Shown: positions 49,182-62,347, counted from the first letter of the stretch. The stretch: 64,000 bases of DNA from Octopus vulgaris (GCA_951406725.2 OX597815.1:208630001-208694000), one strand, 5' to 3'. The notes: generated by a model not told the origin, from the letters alone. Numbers and translations are program-made.

Positions 49182-49578
49182 GGAGTGGCTGTGTGGTAAG
49201 TAGCTTGCTAACCAACCACATGGTCCCGGGTTCAGTCCCACTGCGTGGCATCTTGGGCAAGTGTCTTCTACTATAGCCTCGGGCCAACCAAAGCCTTGTG
49301 AGTGGATTTGGTAGACGGAAACTGAAAGAAGCCCATCGTATATATATATATATATATATATATGCGTGTGTGTGTGTTTGTGTTTGTCCCCCCAGCATTG
49401 CTTGACAACCGATGCTGGTGTGTTTATATCCCCGTTACTTAGCGGTTCAGCAAAAGAGACCGATAGAATAAGTACTGGGCTTACAAAGAATAAGTCCCGG
49501 GGTCGAGTTGCTCGATTAAAAGCGGTGCTCCAGCATGGCCGCAGTCAAATGACTGAAACAAGTAAAAGAGTAAAGAGT
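49182..49578 (+). mobile_element. SINE family A
   Basis: Consensus match. Confidence 0.92.
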
Positions 49579-50067
49579 ATTCATATATATTCTGTAGTAC
49601 TGTAGGACATTGAAGCAATCCACTACACACACGCACACACTCGCACACACACTCGCACCCAGTAATTTATTAATCAAATTAGTTGTCAAGATTGTGTTAT
49701 GATATGCAAATTAATTGCTCCGATTCACTTAATCCCATCTAAAGCTTACATGCGTTTGCCAGTATGTTTGGCTCCACATGCCTTCATATTGACATTACTT
49801 AGGCAGTGGCGATGTTTGTTCTGGTTTTGCATGAATAAATGGCAGTTTGGCATGTGAATTGCAGGGGAATAGAGAACCACGTAATTAAGATACGGAAAGG
49901 AAATTATGACATGGAAACCTTCCCTAAGAGCATTTGTGATGTGAAATAATTCTGAATGGATGAAAAAAAAAATGTGGATTTGCAAATTCAGTAAATGTCT
50001 TTTCTTTGTTATAGTCCTCATCTCTCTTTAACACAATTTCTAATTTTGATGTATGTTCTTGTGTATT

Positions 50068-50329
50068 GAAATAAAAATAAATGTGCCCTTTTAAAGCCTA
50101 GCCAGGTTCATGGGCCCGGTTTCCCAGTTTCTATGGCGTATGTGTTCCCTAGCTGGATGGGACGCCAGTCCATCGCAGCGTTGCTCATTTTTGCCAGCTG
50201 AGTGGACTGGAGCAACATGAAATGAAGTGTTTTGCTCAAGAATACAACACGTCGCTTGGTCCAGGAATCGAAACCACAATCTTACGATCATGATGCTGAC
50301 ACCCTAACCACTAAGCCACGTGTCTCCAC
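50068..50329 (-). mobile_element. tRNA-derived CORE-like SINE (family D) with 11-bp TSD
   Basis: Minus strand: TGGCTTAGTGG A box, GGTTTCGATTCC B box, TTCTTGAGCAAAACACTT core, CTGCGATGGACTGGCGTCCCATCCAG. TCTTGTGTATT at 50057-50067 and 50330-50340. Confidence 0.88.
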
Positions 50330-50384
50330 TCTTGTGTATTATGCTTTCTTAATTAAAATTGAGGTGAGAAACTGTAAATGAGCA

Positions 50385-50504
50385 AGCAGGTCCAGTTGCA
50401 CTGCATGACACCTTGTGCTGGTGTCTTCTACTTTAACCTTGGGCTGACCAAAACCTTGTGGGTAGCTGACCAAAAAATGTGATCAGTAGAAACTAAAGAA
50501 GCAT

Positions 50505-50561
<57 letters not shown>

Positions 50562-50829
50562 CAAACACACACATCTGTATATGTTTGTGTCTCTTTGTCT
50601 TGACATCACAGGGTAGCTGTAAACGAGTGTCACTGTCATACAAGCAGTGTAATTCATTTTCAATAATTGATTTTTCTGCAAAAGCACGTCTGACTACGAG
50701 GAGATATCATTTTGCTTAGAAACAGTTGAGGATTGGCAACAAGAAGGGCATCTGGCCATAGAAAATTTGCCTCAATATAAGCCTGTCTGATCCATGCAAG
50801 CATGGAAAAGTGGACATTAACTGATGATG
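50385..50829 (+). mobile_element. Old SINE with A-type head and C-type (GAT)n tail (family F)
   Basis: Degenerate A-type 5' part, (CA)n, AAGGGCATCTGGCCATAGAAA, CATGCAAGCATGGAAAAGTGGAC, GATGATG. Confidence 0.6.
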
Positions 50830-51774
50830 GTTATTCATCTGTGCTGTAAATGCAATGAGCTTTGATAATCATGGGTAGATTTCTAATGCTTATTATATTT
50901 ACTACAAAAAATAACCCAAATTTCATTCATGTATGTGCAAGACCGTAGTCTATCTTCCTTTTTCCTTTGTTTATGTATAATGATTTGTTTTCACTTTTCG
51001 TTTGGAACATTTCAATGGGGGAAAAAAATAAAAGGAAATAGACTAGTTTTGTGTCATTGAAAAGGCTTGTGATTTCGACTTGTTTCCCCACAATTTTGAA
51101 GAGAAATAATTTTTGAATGCTTGCTCCATTGTGTTTCAGAAATAAATTCATTCTCGCTTTTCAATATCACTGTTGGAGTTACTACCTCTATCGGAAATTG
51201 AAATATTCAACTCGACATGCAACACTTGGTCATGCTTGTTGTACATTTCATTTGCCGCTTCTACTTCTTTTTTCCAAAATCATTTATATTCAGTTTCTAG
51301 TACTGAGCGTGATGCTAGTATCCGTTTGTTTTAAGTGTAAAAGTTACAGAAAAGATACTGGTAATGGTGTGAAGGATGGGGGAAAATATCTCCTGAAATT
51401 TGAAGAACATAAATTTCATGTTATAAAAATGTCAAAGACCTTACAGCAAGTGATTATCTAATGAAAATCATGTTATCATTAATATATTAATGAGACTTTA
51501 TAACGATATTCTCATTTAAATATGAATAATTAATTACTAGTGCTATTGGACTGGTTAGTAATCTAGGATTGTGTAATACCTCATGCGGTATTGGATTTGG
51601 CAGGTAATGAAAATGTTAAGATATTCACAGACTGGTGACAAAGAAGGTGTGACCACAACAGTTTGGTATCAAAAGAATTATTGTAAATACAATGTTAAAC
51701 CATATTAATTTGCAGTGATAATTTGCCAAGTAGTTTTAGGGGAGTGGTTTAGCATGTAAACCCATGAGTTGAGT

Positions 51775-52218
51775 CATCATCATCATCATGCTCATCATAT
51801 GTTCACAATTTCATGCTTGTATGGATCAGATGGAATTGTATGGATCAGATTTTCTATGGCTGGGTGCCCTTCCTCTTACCGACTCTTACCTATTTCCAAG
51901 CAAAATAGTATTTCTCCATTACCAGACATGTTTTTCACGGAAGACTGGAAATAAACCACCTCACTTGTATGACAGTGATGCTCATTTACAACCATCACAT
52001 GATGTCCAGATAAGGTTGCACACAAATTCCCACTACCTCTACCACATACACACATCCAAGGCTTATGTCAGTTTCTGCTAACTAAATCCACTTGCAAAGC
52101 TTTGGTCATCCCAGCAATATAGTAGAAGATACTTGCCCAAGATGCTGTGCAGTGGGACTGAACCCAAGACCACATGGTTGAAAAGCAAGCTTCTCAGCCA
52201 CACAGCTACACCTGCATC
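51775..52218 (-). mobile_element. Old SINE family F
   Basis: (CAT)n, GGCTGGGTGCCCTTCCT, then A-type head ACTTGCCCAAG...GGGACTGAACCC...CCACACAGC. Confidence 0.7.
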
Positions 52219-52266
52219 TATGAAACATTAAAGACAAATGATGGCACTTGGTTATGATGAAAATGA

Positions 52267-52668
52267 AGTGGCTGTGTGGTAAGTAGCTTGCTAACCAACC
52301 ACATGGTTCTGGGATCAGTCCCACTGCATAGAACCTTTGGCAAGTGTCTTCTGCTATAGCCTTGGGCCGACCAATGCCTTGTGAGTGGATTTGGTAGACG
52401 GAAACTGAAAGAAGCCTGTCGTATATATGTATATATATATGTATATATGTGTGTTTGTGTGTTTGTGTGTTTGTGTGTTTGTCCCCCTAGCATTGCTTGA
52501 CAACCGATGCTGGTGTGTTTACATCCCCGTTACTTTGCAGGTTCGGCAAAAGAGACCGATAGAATAAGTACTGGGCTTACAAAGAACAAGTCCCGGGGTT
52601 GAGTTGCTCGATTAAAGGCGGTGCTCCAGCATGGCCGCAGTGAAATGACTGAAACAAGTAAAAGAGTA
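52267..52668 (+). mobile_element. SINE family A
   Basis: Consensus match. Confidence 0.92.
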
Positions 52669-53000
52669 ACTTGTAATTTTGAGATTTTGATGAGGTAACT
52701 GTTAATTTTTAGAATGATATTGCAAGGCTAGTGTGAGAAGTCAGATCTGGCCATTTTGAACATAAAGCAGAATTTTTGGCTGGATGTGGCAGGTTTGATG
52801 CTAAAGGCTTAAATACCTAATGCCAGAATTAGTCTTAAGTTTAAGCTTCCTATGTAAATTTAAACTGCACCCCCTTGACTTAACACTACCACCAGGCATC
52901 ATGGGTACTTTGAGTGGAGAGGGGCGCTCTACTGCAAGAATTTGAGCCAGGTCTCCACTTTGAGGATACATTCTTCTCACTAGTCTCAGCTGCCCTTTAA

Positions 53001-53217
53001 CCCTTTAGCATTTAAACCGGCCATATCCGGCCAGAAGTATTCTGCCTGTTTTATGTTCAAACTGGCCAGATCTGGTCTCTCTCACCAACCCTACAATGTC
53101 GTTTTAAAAATTAACAGCTACCTCATCAAAATCTCATAGCTACAAGATAATGAATGATTAGTTCAAAGCAATGTGGATAAAAAAGGATTTTGGCAGAATA
53201 ATGCAAACACTAAAGGG
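53001..53217. mobile_element. piggyBac-like MITE family B, complete
   Basis: TTAA|CCCTTTAG ... CTAAAGGG|TTAA. Confidence 0.9.
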
Positions 53218-53457
53218 TTAAAGCAGGGATACCCAACTACTGGGCTGCATATAAAAAATAAATTTTAAAATTGTATTTCTCTTTTATTGACTATTTGCTG
53301 TCTGTTGAGTGTTTTTGCATTATATCGTCATCACCATTTAATGTCTGTGTTCCATGCTGGCATGGATTGAATGGTTTGACAGAATCCAATGAGTAGGAGG
53401 ACATTTTGGTTCATGGTGGGGGAGGGTAAATTGGTGTAATGTTGGTGGAGAGCACAA

Positions 53458-53570
53458 TACGAGAAAGGTGCTTAAAAGTTCCTGGCTTTAAGGTATTGCA
53501 AAAGGCCTGGTTGGAGGCTCAACCTTCTGAGCTCTTTTTACAGGGCTTCGAAAAACTGAAGGACTGCTTG
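53458..53570 (+). mobile_element. Mariner-derived internally deleted fragment
   Basis: TACGAG...AAAAGTTCCTGGCTTT TIR-like start fused to AWLEAQPSELFLQGFEKLKD, which resembles a mariner transposase C-terminus. Confidence 0.5.
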
Positions 53571-54481
53571 TATATAATAAGTTTTGCTAAGAGGGCAAGT
53601 TTTTTCAAAACCCTCATATTGCTAGAAATCTCGGGCCATTGTCATCTCTTCCATGTGTTTCTGGGTCCTAAGGTCAGCCTTCACCACTTCATCCCATATC
53701 TGCATGGTTTGCCCTTTTCCCCAGGTTCCAGCCACATTAACTGATTGGCACTTCTTTATACAGTTGTCCTAATTCATCTGTTAGGCACTTAATTATTATG
53801 TCCTGGTCCAGGGAAAATATTGTCTTGCATTGGAACTGGCCCTTGGTGCAAAAATAGGTTGGAGACCACTGCTGTGAAGAATCATACACACTACTTTGCT
53901 TCCTAGCTAAAAGATATTAAAAAAACAAAAAAACAAAACAAAAAACAAAATACCAATATGAAAATTTAAAGACAGAAAAAAAAAAAGGTAAATGAAAAAC
54001 ACTCAGATTTTCTAACCTTTGTTTTCTGGAACAGTGAATGTTGTTGTGTCTTTAGAATTTCTATATTGGCAGCACTAGTCATGGGAAGCATTCTCAAGTT
54101 ATTCTTGTGATAAAATGAAATACAATAAAAATTACTTCCTTATTGTAAATAGCTATTTTTGTGAAAAACAAAGTAGTTAACTTATTTTGTTTCTTGTATC
54201 TCTTCACTCTGCATTGGTGGTTTTTTTCTAAGTTTTATCATATCTAATATAATTTCTCATATCTTTGTTTAGTTTTCATTGACATTTATTTACACTGCCT
54301 TGTGTGTTTTTTTTTTAGTGTTTATTTTTAATTTTCCATTTTCTTTTTCTGAAAGTTTTGTTTTTGTAAAATTCTTCTTTTGGTTTTAAATCCTCGATAT
54401 TTTCATATTTCATTATATTTAGAGTCTCTCCCCACTTCCTCTCTTCCTACCTCTTGATTATTATTATTATTATCATTATTA

Positions 54482-54513
<32 letters not shown>

Positions 54514-54675
54514 GTTATTATTATATGTATCTGTGTCTTTATTTTGCTATAGTCTTTAGAATCTCATAGGGATAACTTGTTCTAAATTGGATAAAAAGAA
54601 AAAAAATTAACATAGCTGAACTAAATTGCATTTATTCAAAGATTTTCTTCATAATGTTTAAAATCTTTTGAAGAA

Positions 54676-54707
<32 letters not shown>

Positions 54708-54796
54708 GTGTGTGTGTGTATGTGTAAATGTTGAACAACAAGAATGGAGTGCTCAACACCACATTGGTGGATAAAATTTCCGTATTTGTGTATTAA

Positions 54797-55016
54797 TGCT
54801 ACCATTGGTTTCATGTAAGAAAAATATCTTAATAGTTTAACAATCTTTCAAGCTGATGACATGAAGGAATGGTGTTCAATCCCCATTTTGGATGAAAACA
54901 CAAAACATTTTAGGCTTTCATTCAAAATGTAGATGAACGCCATTCCTCCATGTGATTGGCTTGAAAAATTGTTAAGATGTTAAGATATTTTTCATAACAT
55001 GAAACCAATGGTAGCC
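54797..55016. mobile_element. Foldback MITE flanked by TTAA
   Basis: Arms of about 100 bp are imperfect reverse complements (GCTACCATTGGTTTCATGT.../...ACATGAAACCAATGGTAGC). Confidence 0.8.
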
Positions 55017-55169
55017 TTAATACACACACACACACACACATGAGTTTGTGTGAATGTTTCTTCTAATATCTGCACCAAATTCAAAGAATGGATGCATGTA
55101 AAATGCATATTAAATGACAAATAAAAATAGTGAACACACACACACACACACACACACATGCACACACAT

Positions 55170-55212
<43 letters not shown>

Positions 55213-56095
55213 TACACACATTTTGTATTATGCTAAAGAGCAGTGCACAGTATCAAAATTTTTGACTCTGATAAAATATAATAAATTACTCCAAATTGCT
55301 GTAGGAGTATCTGCATAAGTGGAGTGAAGACTGGCTCGTTTGTACTGGCATCGATTCGTACTGGCTGTAATAATGAAATCAGACCAAATAGTGCCATTTT
55401 GAAATCATGAAGTTTTTGAAATGCTTTAACTGAGGAAGGTTTATGCAATGGATGCATTTGATATTATATATTACACAAACCTGAAATGTATGCATTAAAT
55501 TATTTTCAAAACTTCGCTATTTAGTTTGACTTCATTAGTACAACTATATACATATATATGTACATACATACATGCTTGCATGCATCCATAAATGCAAGTT
55601 AAAAGTATATTGCTCTCTTTGCCACTCCCTATACATTGGACAAACTGGTTGACATTGGCTGGCCATTTTGCAAAACATCACTAGACATTAGACTCAGTAA
55701 TGACACTTAGTCTGCTTAACTTCTACACCACATACATCTACTCTACACCAGTTAACTCCTTACCTAAAACCGCATACACCAACACTTTCAAAATGCATGC
55801 ACACACACACTCAAACAAACTTTCTTACTTCACACACAGTAGCACACACATTTCCACTATAGTCCCCTTGCTACTCATCTTCACATTTATGGTGGCAAGT
55901 ACACACAAATACAGCTGCACTTCCCAACACTTACTACATTCATTTCCAGTGCCTCTATCCAATATGATGCACATAACATCCACATACACAAAACAGCATG
56001 CATGCATACATACATTTCCATGCACAAACACACACAGTATACCTGTACGCTATAGCTTCATATATACATGTGCTCTTTCACACATGCTTAATTGC

Positions 56096-56136
<41 letters not shown>

Positions 56137-56649
56137 AAGCATCATATGCCCATAGATGCAAAACAAGGATGCACACATGTCTGGTAGCTTCATATATACA
56201 TATACATCAGTAGCAAACAATGAGACACGTATACACACTCAAACCAATAGAGTATACATGTATACATGAGAAAACATGTGTCTCCTCTGCTATTCATCCC
56301 TCAAGTCACCTCTCACAGTTGTCCCCCCTTGTGACTCATGCCTCATGTAACCCCTTCCTCTTCTGGTCATTTCAGCATGCAGACACATTTGTTCTTTACT
56401 CTCACCATGTTTTTCTCTCCTCGTGTATTCTTTCTGCAGAGGAGTCTGTGCTTGAAACGTAAAATACTTTTCCTATTTTTCCAAAGCATAATGCAAACAC
56501 ACGCTGTTTGCTTGTTTTTTTTTTACCTCATCTTCATGTTATTTATAATTTTTGCAACACCCCCCCCATGTATTATTACATGTTTTATATATTATACATT
56601 ATATAGATGTATGTATAAATCTAGGTGTGCATATGTATATATATATATT

Positions 56650-56685
56650 TATACATATATATATATATAAATAAATTTATCTGTT

Positions 56686-56718
<33 letters not shown>

Positions 56719-56838
56719 GATGTTTATGTATATATGTATGTTTGTGCATATATATATATATATAGTCAAAAAGATGCATAGATACATATATTTTTTGTGT
56801 GTGTTTTTATACATATATATATATAAATAAATTTATCT

Positions 56839-56877
<39 letters not shown>

Positions 56878-56975
56878 TGTTTATGTATATATGTATGTTT
56901 GTGCATATATATATATATATATAGTCAAAAAGATGCATAGATACATATATTTTTTGTGTGTGTTTATATATATAC
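56650..56975. repeat. ~160-bp tandem duplication within AT microsatellite
   Basis: ATAAATAAATTTATCTGTT...AGTCAAAAAGATGCATAGATAC occurs twice. Confidence 0.85.
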
Positions 56976-57341
56976 ATATATATATATATATATAATTATT
57001 TATATTCATATACATGTCTATATATATGTTTATATATAAAAAGATCTATATACCTGAACTACGAAAAAGACAGTTATGGCTCGAAGGTATATTTAACTTC
57101 ATCACTGTTTGATGTCACATTTTATGCCACTCCTTGCTGCATGCATTTTGTTCTCCAATGTTATTTTCTGGTTCCTTCCTCCAATGCTGTGTTCTGTTGT
57201 TTTGCTGTATGTTTTTGTTTCGGCAGATAACCCCATTGAGTCATGCACGTATCTAGAATTAGTTTTATTAATTTCCTTTTGTTTTTCATGAAAAATCTTC
57301 CACTGTGTTCGTTTTACTTAGTGTGGGAGTGTTTGTTATAC

Positions 57342-57376
<35 letters not shown>

Positions 57377-57533
57377 CATATGTTTGCATGTATGTATATA
57401 TATATATGTTTTTTTGTATATATCTGCATATATGTATATGTGTGTATGTGTGTGCATATATGGATATGAATGCATATATATTTATATGTACATATATAAA
57501 TGTATGCGTTTGTGTTTATACATGTAAATACAT

Positions 57534-57573
<40 letters not shown>

Positions 57574-58054
57574 TTATATGTTATTTTCTACAATGTGATT
57601 GAGGAGGAAATCCCTCAGGGAAGCATTCTGCATACTAATTACAAATGTATGATAGGGTCTCGCATCTGAGATTTAATGATTTTGAAGATTTCTGGTGTAC
57701 TGACATTATCTATGTAATTGACAGTCACAGCAAAAAAAAAAAAAATCAAATGTATAAAAAGCTCTAGAAATCAAGCAAGATGTTAACTCAATTTAAATTA
57801 CCTATTTGCTATTTCTGGGCAGTCTCCATGAGCAGTATTACTGATAATCACTATGAGTATTACTCCATTGACTCTGTCTGTCTGTGTCTTTCTCTACATA
57901 TATATAGGTATTTTAGTATGCTGCCACTTTTTGATAAAAATTTTTTCTGTAAAAAAACTTCATCTTATATTAGTAGTAGATTTATTACTATTCGCTATAG
58001 AGACTGATAACCACTATAAGCTGTGGTGGGGAACAGTTCATTTAATTCTTATCG

Positions 58055-58118
58055 TATTTTCTACTGAAGAGGAAAAAATCTACGAGATTAATTCTGAAAT
58101 TGATTCAATATAGAAATA
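58055..58118 (+). ncRNA. Type I hammerhead ribozyme motif (H3, copy 1)
   Basis: TATTTTCTA CTGAAGA GGAA aa AATCT acg AGATT aa TTCT GAAA TTGA t TCAA TA TAGAAATA. Confidence 0.78.
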
Positions 58119-58317
58119 TATTAGTAGTAGATTTATTACTATTCGCTATAGGGACTGGTAACCACTATAAGCTGTTGTGGGGAACAGTTCACACGTGTGC
58201 TGAGGCTAGCCAAAGGATTTTATATTTAGACATATCTAGGGTACTTATTTGTACTCTTGACTTTTGCTTCGGCTTTTTTTCCATGGGTGCATGTAAGTAT
58301 TTCATTTAATCCTTATC

Positions 58318-58383
58318 TTATTTTCTACTGAAGAGGAAAAAATCTATGAGATTAATTCCGAAATTGATTCAATATAGAAATAA
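58318..58383 (+). ncRNA. Type I hammerhead ribozyme motif (H3, copy 2)
   Basis: TTATTTTCTA CTGAAGA GGAA aa AATCT atg AGATT aa TTCC GAAA TTGA t TCAA TA TAGAAATAA: canonical core, all three stems, AUA site. Confidence 0.85.
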
Positions 58384-58624
58384 CGAACTTTTAAAAAAAA
58401 TTCTGTTGACTAGCTTCCTCGATTTCAGCACAACGTATTTCTGTAGTGGGTATATAATGTGTGGAAATTGACGATTTAAAAGTCTGTTATCAGCATATTG
58501 GCATGGAAATAATTTTCTTTTGCCCTTGTTGATAAGTTGTATATAATTTTAACCTTTAAAGGTATTTTATATGCTGCCACTTTTTGATAAAATTTTTTTC
58601 TGTAAAAAAACTTCATCCTATATT

Positions 58625-58678
<54 letters not shown>

Positions 58679-58741
58679 TATTATGACATTGGCATGTGTG
58701 TGTCAAGTTTCATCAGCCGGCTTGCTCAGGTTTGTTTATAT

Positions 58742-58775
<34 letters not shown>

Positions 58776-58777
<2 letters not shown>

Positions 58778-59119
58778 TAAAATAACTATAAAGCATTTTT
58801 AGAGAGTTATAGCCAAAAAAATGGAAAATGGAAAAAAATGATGGTAAATATTTTTTGAGATTTAAAAAAGGTGGAGTTGCGTCCCCTAGACAGTTTGTGG
58901 TTCGTGTTTCTGATTCTCGACCCCATGTCGAATTTATTGATTTTTTTCAGAACTGGGGGAACTTTTCAAAATTTTCGCTGCGTTAGTTTTGAATTATGAC
59001 ATTGGGCTATGTGTGTGTCAAGTTTCATCAGAATCGGTTGAAAGCCGTGGTCAGGGTGAGGGTACAAGCAAACAGACACACAGAAACACGCACAGACAAA
59101 CTGCCATTTATATTGAGAT
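58776..59119 (-). mobile_element. Helitron/DINE-like non-autonomous element
   Basis: Minus strand starts TCTCAATATAAATGGCAGTTTGTCTGTG..., contains CCGATTCTGATGAAACTTG. Second copy at 11048-11245. Confidence 0.65.
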
Positions 59120-59497
59120 ATATATATATATATATATATATAACAAGAATAGATAGTCACTGAATCAAAACAGAGCTCACCCTAAGCTTGTCTTCCCTTC
59201 TGAGTTGTTATTGTGAAACAGTGGTTAGGGATAGGATATAGTCTCACTGTCATTCTGAAAAGCCAGGAACAGCTGTAGTGGAGAGTATGTATAAAAATTG
59301 ATCAGATAATAGAAGCGAAGTGAGAGAATAGGCATTTATTCCATTTGTTGACAGCTGTTTCATAATCTGAAAGTTAGATAAGTTGGTCAAATACATTTAT
59401 TGTCTGTGATTATAAAATGAAATACTGTGTAGTCTGTTATGTTATAGCACAGTTATATTCGTGTGTGTGTGTGTGCACACGTGTGCGCATGTATATA

Positions 59498-60785
59498 CCG
59501 GGTGAGGCAGAGAGGATGGACATTTTTGAAATATTAACAAATTCAGTAATTTTAGCTGCAAACAAATTTTATTGACATCAATGTGTTTGCAATGAATTAA
59601 GGTTTGTTAAAATCAAGCGTGGAAAACATCATCCATCATGTGGTGCCCATCTTCACTGATGCATTTCTGGAGGGGGTTCTTGGATGTTGGCCTCCACTCT
59701 CTCCAGCATTGTTCTGTCGATTTGCGTGACTTCCACGTGAATAGCTTCCTTCAAATCATCCAATGTACGGGGCTTAGGCACATACACACGTGCCTTGAGG
59801 TTTCCCCACAAGAAATAATCACATATGGACAAATCGGGACTGAGGGGGCCAAGGAATGACAGCAAACCTGGAAATGAGGTTGTCACTGAAGAGAGAGCAA
59901 AGAATGTCCATTGATGCTCTGGCTGTGTGAGCCATTGCCCCATCCTGCTGAAACCACACACATTGAATAGGCATATGTTTTTGCCATAAATCAGTCACAA
60001 CAAAGTTGTTTATTTTAGTGCAATGCTCGGAGTTCACAGTAGCAACGTTTCCATTATTGTCTTCAAGAATGTAAGGACCAATAACAGCAGCTTTTCCAAC
60101 ATCTCATCAGACCATCACTTTTGGGCTGTACAGTTCTCTCATATTATCAAGAGCCCAGTAACGACAGTTCTGTTGATTCGCCATGCCATTGAGATGAAAA
60201 TGAGATTTATCACTCATAAAAAAAAATGAGGTTTGTCATTTGCCTTAAAAATTGCTTCCATGTGACATGCGAAGTTAAGCCGCTGTGCGCAGTCCCATGG
60301 TTTCAACTGTTGCCCAATGTTTGTGTGGGTGAAAATGCAGGTCTTTATGCAAAATACATCTTACCAATTGATTACCAATGCTCAGAGTGATTCAGACTCT
60401 GTATTGAAGCTTGTCTGATGTATTCCACATTTTCCATGGTCTGTACTGTTCATGGTACCTCCACCAGTCTCTTATTCATTAGCGTACTTTACATTCATCC
60501 AATGTAAGATTCTGTTATAAGTGGGAACAACCTGATTTTGGTGAATGTTGAAGTGGCACTGATACTCACACTGAACTGCTGTGACAGACTTCTTAGTCTT
60601 CACCTAACTGTCGTAAGGCAAACATGCAATGCTCCATTGACCACAGTGTCATGGCTTCACCTGAAAAGAAAAAAAAAATATGCTAAGACACCATGAACGA
60701 AATGGTACCTGTTGGACACATGTCCCTCCCCCTTGGGCTGAGTAGTTGCCATTTCAAAAACATCCATCCTCTCAGCTCCACCCTG
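59498..60785 (-). mobile_element. Decayed Tc1/mariner DD41D (rosa-type) transposon, ~1.29 kb
   Basis: About 35-bp TIRs C(C/A)GGGTG...GAGAGGATGGA..TTTTTGAAAT. Frameshifted transposase WFQQDGAMAHTA...WPP/SPDLSICDYFLWGNLKARVY with 41-residue D-D spacing after frame repair. Confidence 0.9.
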
Positions 60786-61149
60786 TCAGATATATATATA
60801 TATATATATAATGCATATATATTTATATATTTTCATGACAAATGATGTAGCATTGCTTACATATCTAACACAAGCTATGAAACAGCTGTCAACAAATAGA
60901 ATAAATATCTGTTTTCTGACTCTGTGCGTGTGTGTATTTTCTATTTTAGTCATCGAACTGTGGCCATGATGGAGCACCACTACGAAGGGTTAAGTTCAAT
61001 ATATCAACCTCAGTGCATATCTTCTAAGTCTGGTATTGAATGTAATGGTTTCTTTTGATAGACAACACCAGTTGTCAAGTGATTGCAGGGACAGACACTC
61101 ACATAATACTTCTAAACTGCTTGGTTATTTATAGAAAATCTGCAGAGAT

Positions 61150-61552
61150 AGGCGCAGGAGTGGCTGTGTGGTAAGTAGTTTGCTTCCCAACCACATGGTT
61201 TCAGGTTCAGTCCCACTGCATGGCACCTTAGGCAAGTGTCTTCTAGTATAGCCTCGGGCCGACCAAAGTCTTGTGAGTTGATTTGGTAGAGGGAAACTGA
61301 AAGAAGCCCGTTTTTTATATGTATATCTATATATATGTGTGTGTGTGTGTGTGTTTGTGTTTGTCCCCCCAACATCTCTTGACAACTGATGCTGGTGTGT
61401 TTACGTCCCCGTAACTTAGCGGTTTGGCAAAAGAGACTGATAGAATAAGTACTAGGCTTACAAAGTATAAGTCCTGGGGTTGATCTGCTTGACTAAAGGC
61501 GATGCTCCAGCATGGCCGCAGTCAAATGATTGAAACAAGTAAAAGAATAAAA
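61150..61552 (+). mobile_element. SINE family A
   Basis: Consensus match. Confidence 0.92.
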
Positions 61553-62019
61553 GGGAGATAACCTTAACACCTGATGTAATAGCACTGCTAGCACAGTAGA
61601 ACACAGTATTGACTTATAAAAACGTTTAATATAATTTGTAGTTTATTATGGTTGAATAACAAAATAAGTGTCCCTACAGGTCATTAACAGTGTTTAGAAT
61701 CTTATCTGAAATTGCTTGTTTTTATACTTGGGTCAATAGTCATTGACATTTCTATGTATATGCTACTTCATGTTGTAATATATTTTTCCTGTTTTTTAAA
61801 CAATATAAGGACTTCAGAAATGCTTCTTTACTCTTTCAATGCTAAACTGCTTGAGACATTTTCTGGTTTATATAACATCATTTAAAAAGTTCATATCAAA
61901 ATTACATCATCTCTTATAATTTTATACCAGAAACTATTAAGTTATGTTCTAGAGACTAGCTTTAGTAACAAAAGGTTGTTGTTATTTTACTAAGTTCTTC
62001 CAAATTCTTAATTAAAGAC

Positions 62020-62347
62020 TACCTTCACTCCTGAATGACCATGGGATTTCATGTAGAAAGTTTCCCTCTGAGGCACAAGTCTGTGCCAGGTTGTTTGTGG
62101 AAGACCAGCCATCACCCATGCTTATCAGCCTCTCCTCTTCATGCCAGTGATGTTGTCCAAGGGAAAGGCAAAGGCTGATTCAGTTTGGCACCAGTAATGT
62201 TGCAGCTCATTTCTACAGCTGAGTGAGCTGGAGGAATATGAGGAAATGTATCTTGTTCAAGAGCACAACACACAGCCCAGCCTGGGAACCGAACTCCCAA
62301 CCCCCGTGATTATAAGCCTGATGCTCTAACCACTGAACTATGTGCCT
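62020..62347 (-). mobile_element. CORE-like SINE family E (diverged)
   Basis: Reverse complement homolog of 42148-42434. Confidence 0.75.

Larger units (their letters stand above)
57906..58631 (+). mobile_element. Hammerhead-type repeat H3 in partial tandem, ending at (TA)n
   Basis: Segments duplicated in order E-A-B-A-C-B-D-E, where B carries the hammerhead. The E region resembles 37127-37192. Confidence 0.75.

Noticed and set aside
56429-56465. H1-like hammerhead remnant CTGCAGA...GAAACGTA
   Set aside because: Too degenerate to call a ribozyme. Probably an old H1-type copy.
58003-58040. Second hammerhead-like motif CTGATAA-stem-GGAA in repeat H3
   Set aside because: G8 and A13 equivalents are altered, there is no convincing stem I or III, and the second copy (CTGGTAA) is further degraded.
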